Below are positions 9,471-17,832 of a DNA stretch of 64,000 bases, in pieces. The stretch comes from Roseibacillus sp. (GTDB lineage Bacteria; Verrucomicrobiota; Verrucomicrobiia; Verrucomicrobiales; Akkermansiaceae). The stretch is from positions 576,001-640,000 of the forward strand of contig JBPOGI010000001.1 of assembly GCA_051251855.1 (NCBI GenBank), read 5' to 3'. The first letter of the stretch is position 1. Each line of letters starts with the position of its first letter. The notes beneath the pieces were generated by a model, which was not told the DNA's origin, searched no databases, and saw nothing but the letters and a program-made list of their open reading frames with translations. Position numbers and translations under genes: made by a program.

Positions 9471-10967
9471 ATGAAGCATATTTCAAACCCTGACGTGGTC
9501 CTGATTGGATCTGGGATTATGTCCGCTAATCTGGGCGCGCTCCTCAAGTCGCTAGACCCCAAATTAAAGGTCCAACTCTACGAGGTCACCGATGAGTTTG
9601 CCAAGGAGGCATCCAACGGTTGGAACAACGCGGGAACGGGGCATGCTGGAATTTGTGAGCTGAGCTATACTCCGGACCAGGAGGAAGATGGTTCGGTAGA
9701 TGTCTCGAACGCGGTTCAGATTTTCGAACAGTTTGAGGCTTCACGGCAGTTCTGGGCCTATGCTGTGGAGAAGGGAATGATAGAGAATCCAAGCGACTGT
9801 ATCAATCCGGTGGCTCACATCTCTTTTGTTCATGGGGAGAAGCAGGTCAATTTTTTGAAGGAGCGTCACAAGGGGATGGCAAATCATCACTTCTTTGAGT
9901 CGATGACTTATTCTACCGACCGCGAGGAAATCGCCGAGTGGGCGCCCTTGCTCGTTGAAGAACGTGACCCGAAGGTCCCCATTGCGGCGACTAAAATGGT
10001 AGAGGGCACCGATGTCAACTTTGGAGCCATTGCGTTGAGCTTGGTCAACTGGCTTGATCAGCAAGAAGGTTGCTCTGCACTGACGGGGCACAAGGTGGTC
10101 GGGCTCGAGAAGACCGAGCGGGGTTGGGATGTGCTAGTGGAGGATTTGGCAACCGAAGAATTGACAGTGACTTCGGCGAAGTTCGTCTTTGTTGGTGCGG
10201 GAGGAGGGAGCTTGCAGCTTTTGCAAAAGGCTGGCATCCCGCAAGCGCAAGGCCTCGGAGGATTTCCGATTGGGGGGCAGTGGCTGATTTGTCAGAACCC
10301 CGAGGTTGTGGAAAAGCATCAGGCGAAGGTATACGGACAGCCTCTTGATGCCGCTCCCACGATGGCAGTGCCTCATCTGGATACTCGGATTTTGGATGGT
10401 GAAAAGTCGCTGCTCTTTGGCCCTTTTGCCTCTTGGACTACTAAGTTTTTGCACGGCAAGGGGTCTTTCCTGGACTTGCCAGGCACGGTGAAACCTCACA
10501 ATTTGGCGACCTTATTAAAGGTGGGAATCAGCAATCTTCCGCTAGTGAAGTATTTGGTTCAGCAGGGGACGCAGTCGATGCAGGATCGGATCGACGTGCT
10601 GCATGTCTTTTATCCGGGAGCGAAGGTCGAAGACTGGAAGCTGATTGATGCAGGCATCCGAGTGCAGGCGATTAAGAAGGAAGATGGCGAAGCGGGGATT
10701 GTGCACTATGGCACGGAAGTGATTACCTCGGACGATCGCAGCATCTCGGCATTGTTAGGAGCCTCGCCGGGAGCCTCTGTCTCGGTTCATATCGTCTTGG
10801 AGGTGATCAAGAAATGCCTACCTGAAATGCTGGAAACGGAAGAAGGGAAACGGAAAATCTTGGAGATGATTCCCAATTTTAACGAAGACCTGAAAGAGCC
10901 GTCGAAGGCGGAACGCTATCGTGAGTTGGCTCAGTCGGCGATTTCTCGCCTTGGTTTGAACTATTAG
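9471..10967 (+). CDS. mqo: Malate:quinone oxidoreductase
   Basis: DVVLIGSGIMSA, WNNAGTGHAGICELSYTP, GFPIGGQWL, HLDTR, AGIRVQ, LLGASPGAS. Confidence 0.95.
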   Translation: MKHISNPDVVLIGSGIMSANLGALLKSLDPKLKVQLYEVTDEFAKEASNGWNNAGTGHAGICELSYTPDQEEDGSVDVSNAVQIFEQFEASRQFWAYAVEKGMIENPSDCINPVAHISFVHGEKQVNFLKERHKGMANHHFFESMTYSTDREEIAEWAPLLVEERDPKVPIAATKMVEGTDVNFGAIALSLVNWLDQQEGCSALTGHKVVGLEKTERGWDVLVEDLATEELTVTSAKFVFVGAGGGSLQLLQKAGIPQAQGLGGFPIGGQWLICQNPEVVEKHQAKVYGQPLDAAPTMAVPHLDTRILDGEKSLLFGPFASWTTKFLHGKGSFLDLPGTVKPHNLATLLKVGISNLPLVKYLVQQGTQSMQDRIDVLHVFYPGAKVEDWKLIDAGIRVQAIKKEDGEAGIVHYGTEVITSDDRSISALLGASPGASVSVHIVLEVIKKCLPEMLETEEGKRKILEMIPNFNEDLKEPSKAERYRELAQSAISRLGLNY

Positions 10968-10982
10968 GGCCATCAGCTCCTC

Positions 10983-11023
10983 AAAAAAAGAAGCCCAAAC
11001 CGCCGGGCAGCGGATCGGGCTTT
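10983..11023 (-). terminator. Intrinsic terminator of the PEP-CTERM gene (may be bidirectional)
   Basis: Minus strand AAGCCCGATCCGC-loop-GCGGTTTGGGCTT-CTTTTTTT. Confidence 0.75.
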
Positions 11024-11044
11024 GCTTTCGAAAAATTTAAATTT

Positions 11045-11809
11045 TTATCGGCGGTTCCGGCGTCTCAGCGTGAGAAGTAAGCTCAACGCAGAGAGGCTCA
11101 TAGCCGAAGGTTCTGGTATCGCGGTGTATTCGATGACTGGCCATTCACCCATTTGTCCAGCTTCGCGAACGGTGATTTTATAGGCGTCCCAACCGGCAGC
11201 TAAGCTGTCAGAGCCGTAACTCAAGCGCAGAAAGACGAAGTCTCCGGCACCCGCCCCGCTCGCATAGGCTGTGTTTAGGTAATTTAGGAGTGCCGCATCA
11301 CCTAAGGCATTGGTGTTGTTGTTTGGAGCCCCCACAAATCCCACCGAACTAGCCGGGGTGAGGAAACTCTCCTGGATCAAGGTTGCGCTGCCATCGAAAG
11401 CAGACCCATTGTACCAGTCGCTGATGAGGATCGCAGGGGTTGCACTGGTCCTGACAGCATAGAGATCGAGATCGGTGATCGTGGCATTGCCCATCTCGTG
11501 GACCATCACACCGAGATCAGCGCTGGTAAACGGGTTGGTAACCGCGCCTAGCGACGGCAACTCGAAGGGCAGGACGATCGTGGTCAAACCTGGCCCAAAC
11601 CATTCGCCGGCGTTCGCAGAGAAAAAGCCGTTAGTGTCGGGGTGAACCTGAGGCCAAGGATTCGTAGGAGGAAGGTTGTCGCGAACTTCGAGGAAGCCGT
11701 CATTGGCATCTGAGAAAATGAGCGCGGCTTCTGCTCGGAGAGGAATCAAAGTTGCGGAGATTCCAAACAGGGCCGTCGTTGCCGAGGCAAGTTTTGTTTT
11801 TAGGTTCAT
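11045..11809 (-). CDS. PEP-CTERM sorting-domain surface protein
   Basis: Signal peptide (MNLKTKL...AEA); C-terminus IPEPSAMSLSALSLLLTLRRRNRR. Confidence 0.9.
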   Translation of the reverse strand: MNLKTKLASATTALFGISATLIPLRAEAALIFSDANDGFLEVRDNLPPTNPWPQVHPDTNGFFSANAGEWFGPGLTTIVLPFELPSLGAVTNPFTSADLGVMVHEMGNATITDLDLYAVRTSATPAILISDWYNGSAFDGSATLIQESFLTPASSVGFVGAPNNNTNALGDAALLNYLNTAYASGAGAGDFVFLRLSYGSDSLAAGWDAYKITVREAGQMGEWPVIEYTAIPEPSAMSLSALSLLLTLRRRNRR

Positions 11810-11896
11810 CTTAATTTGGTTGCTGGGTAGAAGAGTTGGGGTGAATGTTTTTTCCAACTTCTTTTAAGATTTTTGGGGGTTTTTAAAGGGATGTCT

Positions 11897-11912
11897 TCCC
11901 TCGATAGAGGGG
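11897..11912. promoter_or_regulatory. Palindromic box TCCCTC-N4-GAGGGG, copy 1 (upstream of the PEP-CTERM gene)
   Basis: tccctcgatagagggg. Confidence 0.7.
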
Positions 11913-11933
11913 TAAGCGCTTGGTTTTCCGCAG

Positions 11934-11968
11934 AAAAAAACGAGCCTTAGGATTTCTCCCAAGACTCG
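11934..11968 (-). terminator. Intrinsic terminator of 11995..15279
   Basis: Minus strand CGAGTCTTGGGA-gaaa-TCCTAAGGCTCG-TTTTTTT. Confidence 0.8.
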
Positions 11969-11994
11969 CTGTGTAGAGGGGTTAAGAATTCGCG

Positions 11995-14900
11995 CTAGGG
12001 AGCGACGAACTCTTCCGCGCGGAAGAACTGTTTAGTGTTCGTTCCTGAGTTGGCGGGAATGCTAATACTAGTCGCCGTGGAGTTGTCAAAGGTGACGCCC
12101 GTTGGAGTGAAGCCAGTCAGGGTGGTGGAGCTGGTGATATGGTAGTTCTTACCACTTTCGGTTCCTGTTACATTCACCACAAAGTTAGAGCCGTTGTAGC
12201 TCACGAGGTCGATATCAAGTCCGTCAGGCAGACCAAGAATGAAGAATTGATCTCCCGCTAAGGCGCTAAAGTCGACAACGCTGGATGCTCCAAGGTTTTC
12301 GGTTCCTACAGGCATGCCTGGGAGCGACTGGTTGGACATGAAATCGTGGCCACCGTTATTGAGTAGGACCATAATTTTCATCGAACCGGAGGAGGCTCCG
12401 ATATCCGCGAGGGCGACAGACAGTTCGACTCCGGTGGTGACGGCAAGGGCTGCCGTTTGGTCGGCTGCAGTGCCTCCACCTTCTTCAAGAATTCCAGCGG
12501 TATTGCTGTTGTTGAGGGCGAAGGACAATGAATCACCATTCACCGTGCCAGTCGCGGTAGTTCCAAAGCCGGTGCCGCTGCCCCCAAAGACATCAACGTA
12601 GCTGTCGAAGGCTGCTGTGCCAATGTCTGCGATATCGGCATCGAATCGAAACCCTTGGCGTACCGTGATTTGATAGTCGGGTGCGAAGCCGATATCGAAC
12701 GTCATGCCGTTTAGGTTAGCGGTAGAATCGTTACCAGCGGCTGTCATCACATTAGTGGTAATGGTATCGTTGGTGTCGAAAAAGAAATCCAGCTTGTTGA
12801 AGTTGTTTTCCAAGTTGCCGGTGACCATCAGGTTGAGCCTTCCGTTGACTACTGAAGCATAGACCGCATCGAGTTGGTTGAAGTTGAATGCCGAGTTGAT
12901 GGTCTGCACTGCACTTGCTGCCGGATAGAGACTGTCTTTGGCTCCATCGATCAGGATGATTCCTGCTGCGGTCGGATTACTTGCGCCATCATTGGGGTCG
13001 AACCCAAAGTTGACTTCCACAAGATCGTCGAAGGTGTCGGAATCGGAGTCTGCGAGAAGAGGATTGGTTGGAGCTCCATCGAAGGTGTTGCCAGTACCAT
13101 CGATTTCAGGTCCATCTTCGATGCCGTCGCCGTCGCTATCGGCGTCACATGGATCCGTCCCAGAGCTATTCACTTCTACATCGTCATTGGCGCCATCTCC
13201 ATCAGTGTCGCTAAGGATTGGGTTTGTGCCTGCGGTCTGCTCTGCCAAGTTATTGAGAGTGTCAGAGTCTCCATTGGCTATTGGATCAGATACTCCAAAG
13301 CCAGCTTCGAAGCTGTCTCTGAGACCGTTGCTATTTGCATCGGCAGGAGCGGTTTGCAGATCGGCCCAGGTCGTAACCACCAAGATGTTGTCCCATTCCG
13401 TGACATCACTGCCGCCAGAGGCGCAGCGAATCGCGGTGAGGTCAAAGGGATTGAAGGCTCCGAAGATATCGGTGTCGTTGATGGGATCGGGTTCCGCGCC
13501 GCTGAGATCGGGATTGAGGTAAACGTCGAGTTCACCAAGCGGGATGTTGACTTTCATGACCACAGTGTTGGTGTCGCCATCGACAAGGAATTTGCCCGAG
13601 CCCGTGTTGTTGACGCCACCCGGCTCTTCATAGCCGAGTTCGTCGGTAGCGGCTTGGATGCCGGGAACACCGATGAAGACTTTTTCCTCGCCATAGCTAA
13701 AGAGGCTCACGCCTGACCACACCGCGCCTGCTGAGCGGGAGATGTCAAATTTCATCCAAATGACGTCGGTCGTTTGGTTGGTTACACCGGGAGAGGCTAG
13801 GATAGCTCCGGTGGCCTCGGAACCGCTTGCGCCTTCGCTAAGCCCGTTGAATTGACGGATGATTCCGCTTTCGCGGGTTTGGAGCTTCTGGCAAAAAATG
13901 TTGCTGTCTCCAAATTGGGAGGTCCAGTCAGATGCCGATCCGGTGTGGCCAGTGAAGGCATCGGGGCTATCGAGGTTATCGAAGTCGAAGCCATCACCAC
14001 CAGCAAGTCCACTCGCATTACCGTCGGGATAGTCGAATCCTTCCAAGCCGATGAAGGTAATGGAACCATTTGAGGTGGGGTCGTCGCCGGCGTTTCCGGT
14101 TTGGGGAAGAGTGCCAACGGCGATTTCGATACCATCGGGGGTTCCTCCGCCATCGGTGTCGGCAAGATTGGGGTCGGTGCTGTGTGTATTGACTTCAGCG
14201 CCGTCAGTGAGTTCGTCGTTATCGCTATCGGGGTCGAGAGGATCGGTGCTATGCATGGTGAGCTCGGGGCCGTCATTGAGACTGTCGTCATCGCTGTCGG
14301 CGTCTTGAGGATCGGTTCCGCCACTGAATCCGGTGACGCCAGTGCCATCAAATTCGGCAATATTGGTAAGACCGTCTGCGTCAGGATTACCGAGAGCGCC
14401 ATTGGGGCCGTCCTTGGCTCCTAGGGAGGTTTCGCCAATGGTTCCGTCGTCGGAATCGTCGAGACCATTTGCAAGTTCAAAGTCGAGAGGCATTCCGTCA
14501 CCATCGGCATCGACGAAATCTTGCAGTCCCACATCACCCGGGTCGGTGGCTACGGTGAGGTCGTCCCAGCTGACGCTTCCACCTGAACCGATTCGGACGC
14601 GGGAGGCCCAGTTGGAGTTGGTGAAAGGAGCGGTGATATCAGCACTGTTTGAAGCACCAGCGGTCCAGTAGTCGGTGACATCGGGATCCACCCACATGCC
14701 GACAAGGTCGTTATCAAAATCGACGACGGTCACAATGGTGTAAGCTTGGTCATCAACAAAGGCGGGAAGGGATCCGGTGAAGGTTCCGTTCTCAGGATCG
14801 GCGTTGGAAATTTCGATAGTAGGAATGTCGTCGGTTCCAGCGGCCCCAAACTTCACTTTTTCGGTTCCAAAGTCGCTGTGCATGATCCATCCCCACTCGG

Positions 14901-15279
14901 CGGTGGAACTTCGAGTCATCTTGACTTTGTAGAAAAATCTGCCAGCAGCTTTGACTGCCCCATTCCCTTCGTCTTCGCCATATTTGCGTTCGTGTGCTCC
15001 ACCGTTAGAAACAACAACACTGTTTCCTCCTAAATCGGTAATGACAGAAGCGGTGCCAAAAGGAGTGGTCCAAAGAGCAGCTCCGATGGCGTTGTTGGTC
15101 TGGTCTTGGGTATCATTGTTCCATTCCCAGCCCGTTCCGTTGGAATCGTTAGGAGGGGTAGTGATGTCACCAGGAGTGCCTTCAAAGTCATCGATACCGA
15201 TGATGTTTCCAGAGAGGGGAAGAGCGAAAATGCCCAATGAAAGCAGGATTAGTTTAGTCGTCGGTTTTCGCAATTGCAT
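11995..15279 (-). CDS. Large secreted acidic protein with a duplicated beta-sandwich-like domain and TSP3-like Ca-binding repeats
   Basis: Signal peptide; many DxDxDG..D..E...TDP repeats; two homologous domains of about 230 aa; C-terminus YHITSSTTL...KQFFRAEE. Confidence 0.75.
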   Translation of the reverse strand: MQLRKPTTKLILLSLGIFALPLSGNIIGIDDFEGTPGDITTPPNDSNGTGWEWNNDTQDQTNNAIGAALWTTPFGTASVITDLGGNSVVVSNGGAHERKYGEDEGNGAVKAAGRFFYKVKMTRSSTAEWGWIMHSDFGTEKVKFGAAGTDDIPTIEISNADPENGTFTGSLPAFVDDQAYTIVTVVDFDNDLVGMWVDPDVTDYWTAGASNSADITAPFTNSNWASRVRIGSGGSVSWDDLTVATDPGDVGLQDFVDADGDGMPLDFELANGLDDSDDGTIGETSLGAKDGPNGALGNPDADGLTNIAEFDGTGVTGFSGGTDPQDADSDDDSLNDGPELTMHSTDPLDPDSDNDELTDGAEVNTHSTDPNLADTDGGGTPDGIEIAVGTLPQTGNAGDDPTSNGSITFIGLEGFDYPDGNASGLAGGDGFDFDNLDSPDAFTGHTGSASDWTSQFGDSNIFCQKLQTRESGIIRQFNGLSEGASGSEATGAILASPGVTNQTTDVIWMKFDISRSAGAVWSGVSLFSYGEEKVFIGVPGIQAATDELGYEEPGGVNNTGSGKFLVDGDTNTVVMKVNIPLGELDVYLNPDLSGAEPDPINDTDIFGAFNPFDLTAIRCASGGSDVTEWDNILVVTTWADLQTAPADANSNGLRDSFEAGFGVSDPIANGDSDTLNNLAEQTAGTNPILSDTDGDGANDDVEVNSSGTDPCDADSDGDGIEDGPEIDGTGNTFDGAPTNPLLADSDSDTFDDLVEVNFGFDPNDGASNPTAAGIILIDGAKDSLYPAASAVQTINSAFNFNQLDAVYASVVNGRLNLMVTGNLENNFNKLDFFFDTNDTITTNVMTAAGNDSTANLNGMTFDIGFAPDYQITVRQGFRFDADIADIGTAAFDSYVDVFGGSGTGFGTTATGTVNGDSLSFALNNSNTAGILEEGGGTAADQTAALAVTTGVELSVALADIGASSGSMKIMVLLNNGGHDFMSNQSLPGMPVGTENLGASSVVDFSALAGDQFFILGLPDGLDIDLVSYNGSNFVVNVTGTESGKNYHITSSTTLTGFTPTGVTFDNSTATSISIPANSGTNTKQFFRAEEFVAP

Positions 15280-15348
15280 GGTTTTTAAGGTTAAAATAGG
15301 GCTAAGGTCCTAGGCTAGAAAGGATGGCAGCACAAGCATTCCTGTCCA

Positions 15349-15364
15349 TCCCTCGATGGAGGGG
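15349..15364. promoter_or_regulatory. Palindromic box, copy 2
   Basis: tccctcgatggagggg. Confidence 0.7.
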
Positions 15365-15377
15365 GGGCTACTCGGCT

Positions 15378-17669
15378 TTATGGTGTAATAGGAGTGACAG
15401 GATGATAGTGCTGGATTTTAGGTTTTTCGAGGATTGCGATTTGTCCTCCGGGCCAGTGGACCGTTATGGTTTCGACCTCTTCATCGTTTGCGAGACCGAA
15501 GTGTTTCTGGGCGGGATGCTGGCACATGAAGGAGTCGCCGCTCACGATAACGGATTCAATGACTCTTTGATTCGTCTTGAGAGAGAGCTTTGCGCCGTTA
15601 GGCGAAGATTCCTTGGATGTTTCGAGGGTCACGCCAATCCAAGGTCGTTTTTCCGCTTCGGGAAGAGTGTTCTGCATGATGAGGAGGGCGGGAGGTTCGA
15701 CGTCAGTCTCGCCATCGTGGAAGAATCCTGAGGTGCCTTCGATCCGACCCACTGCGAGGTCGACGCGTCCATCGAGGTCTAAGTCAGCGGCAATAACGCG
15801 GCGACAATCGAAATCAAATCCGATATCAAGAAGAAACCCGAAGTCTTGGAATCCGATCCCATCTTGATTGATAAGGAGGGGATTGATTTGAAAGCCATCC
15901 CAAGACTGTTCTTCCATTTGGGGAAGGGTCTCAAGATATCCTGAAATGGCGGGGAGCTTAAAGTCTTTCATCACATAGACATCGCGGCACCAGAAGTTCG
16001 AGCAATAGTCGCGTGAGGTTTTTCCTGAGATATGACCGTTGGCGGCATAGATGTCGTGGTCGCCATCGTTATCGAAGTCAGCAGATGCAGAGCCCCAGGT
16101 CCAGCCGGTGCGGGCGACTTGAGGTTCAAATTCGGGAGCTTTATAGCCGCCTTCCTTGCGTCCCAGATACATCCGGTTTCCAAATCCCATCACGCCGCGC
16201 ATTTTGTTATGCTCGGGGTGTTGTTCGGGGTTGGCTTTCATTTGGTCGAGACGTCGGGCAGTGGTGGAGCCCATACCGAGAACATAAAAATCGAGTAGAC
16301 CGTCAGCATCGTAGTCGGCAACGGTGTGCGACATTCCAAAAGAGTATGGATTGCCGACGTAGGAGTCTTCTTGTTCGGAGAATTTTCCTTGGCCGTTATT
16401 GAGGTAGACGTCGACACCGTGAAAATCACTGATCACGAGAAGGTCGAGGTCTTCATCTTGGTCGAGGTCGAGAAAGGATCCCGAATAGGCGCGGCGATAG
16501 CGCTTCTGGGCGAGGCCGGAAGCCTCGGTCCGGTCTTCGAAGGTTCCGGTACCATCGTTGATGAGAAGAGTATTTCCAAAGCCGTCGTTGGCGTCCCAGA
16601 AGGTGTCAGGCATCTTTTCGTAAAGGGATCGCCATTGGCCCACATAAAGGTCGAGGTCGCCATCTTGGTCGCAATCACCTGCGGTGATGAAGGAGGGAAC
16701 ACGCAGTCGGTAGTCGCCAAGTTTGATACGGCGGGGCACTTTTGCGAATTTGCCGCCTTCTTCACCGAACCAGAGAGCGAGGTCACCTTCTTTGGTGTCG
16801 CTGAGCCAATCTAACAGGCCGTCACCATTGAGGTCAGCGGTGAGACCGATGACGGAGTCGAAGAAGAGTCCGCCGGGGTCGACGATAGGTTGAGGCTCAA
16901 ACTGGAAGTTACCTTTGTTCCAGAGGATCTTGTTTGAATTGCCCAAGATGATTTCGGGGAGTTGATCGCCATTGAGATCGTAGACCGATATGGCCCCCAT
17001 GTCGTCGCGTTCGGTGGGGTTGGGATTTCCGCCCTCGATGACCGCTCGGGTGGTGAAGGCGGCAGGTCCGCGTCGCTGCGCGGAAGTCGCTTCTAAAAGA
17101 GTGATGGTGGAGGGCCGAAGTTTTTCCTCTGACTCATCCCATACGATGCGGAGTGTGCCTTTGAACTGGAGGCGTTCGGTTCCTTCCTTACGCGAACCCT
17201 GAAGGTTGAAGGTCACTTCGGAGATCGCTTTTTCTGCTTCGTTGCGCTGGAAAGAACGATGATGCCAGTCGCTGTGGACGAGGGAGTAGCCGGCTTGGCG
17301 GTAGCTTTGGAGAATTTCCGCGAACCCTTCGCAAGAGAGCGTTTCTCCACCGGAGGTGATTTGGCGTGTGGTGATACCTAAGTCGTGGCGTGTGGGAGCG
17401 CCTGCCTTGCCTAGAGTCAAGGTGTCGAAGGGGACGGCGGCGAGGAGTTCCAGTCGTTTGCCAAGAGGAGCTTGTAGAAGCGAGTCCCAGAGGGGAACGA
17501 TACCTTCGAGTTCGATTTCGCGCGCTTCGCTTTCGTTTTCGAAGGCTTCGGCTTCGAGGGAAACAATTTTTTCGATGAGAAGAGCGGGATCAGCGATCTC
17601 GCCGACGGTCACGATGGTTGAGAGAAGGAGCGATGTCGCAAAGAGGGGGAGGCAAGAATGGGTTTTCAC
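15378..17669 (-). CDS. CRTAC1-family protein (FG-GAP/VCBS propeller plus ASPIC/UnbV C-terminus)
   Basis: Repeated D[LY]DxDGxxD motifs, TGWTWGSASADFDNDG..DIYAANGH, C-terminal SFMCQH..HFGL..VHWPGG. Start taken as GTG at 17669 (signal-peptide-like). Confidence 0.85.
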   Translation of the reverse strand: MKTHSCLPLFATSLLLSTIVTVGEIADPALLIEKIVSLEAEAFENESEAREIELEGIVPLWDSLLQAPLGKRLELLAAVPFDTLTLGKAGAPTRHDLGITTRQITSGGETLSCEGFAEILQSYRQAGYSLVHSDWHHRSFQRNEAEKAISEVTFNLQGSRKEGTERLQFKGTLRIVWDESEEKLRPSTITLLEATSAQRRGPAAFTTRAVIEGGNPNPTERDDMGAISVYDLNGDQLPEIILGNSNKILWNKGNFQFEPQPIVDPGGLFFDSVIGLTADLNGDGLLDWLSDTKEGDLALWFGEEGGKFAKVPRRIKLGDYRLRVPSFITAGDCDQDGDLDLYVGQWRSLYEKMPDTFWDANDGFGNTLLINDGTGTFEDRTEASGLAQKRYRRAYSGSFLDLDQDEDLDLLVISDFHGVDVYLNNGQGKFSEQEDSYVGNPYSFGMSHTVADYDADGLLDFYVLGMGSTTARRLDQMKANPEQHPEHNKMRGVMGFGNRMYLGRKEGGYKAPEFEPQVARTGWTWGSASADFDNDGDHDIYAANGHISGKTSRDYCSNFWCRDVYVMKDFKLPAISGYLETLPQMEEQSWDGFQINPLLINQDGIGFQDFGFLLDIGFDFDCRRVIAADLDLDGRVDLAVGRIEGTSGFFHDGETDVEPPALLIMQNTLPEAEKRPWIGVTLETSKESSPNGAKLSLKTNQRVIESVIVSGDSFMCQHPAQKHFGLANDEEVETITVHWPGGQIAILEKPKIQHYHPVTPITP

Positions 17670-17729
17670 GCACGGAGAAGAGTGAAGTTGAAAGAGCGCT
17701 CTGCAAGTTGAAAATTGGCGACTTCTTTC

Positions 17730-17745
17730 TCCCTCAGATGAGGGG
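17730..17745. promoter_or_regulatory. Palindromic box, copy 3 (between the divergent CRTAC1 and kinase genes)
   Basis: tccctcagatgagggg. Confidence 0.7.
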
Positions 17746-17832
17746 GGATAGAGTCGCGAGGAGGCGCTAAAGTATGTAACCCGGTAAATCAAACTCCGAG
17801 GTGCGTTCGTTTTTCAATGGACTTTTGAACGT

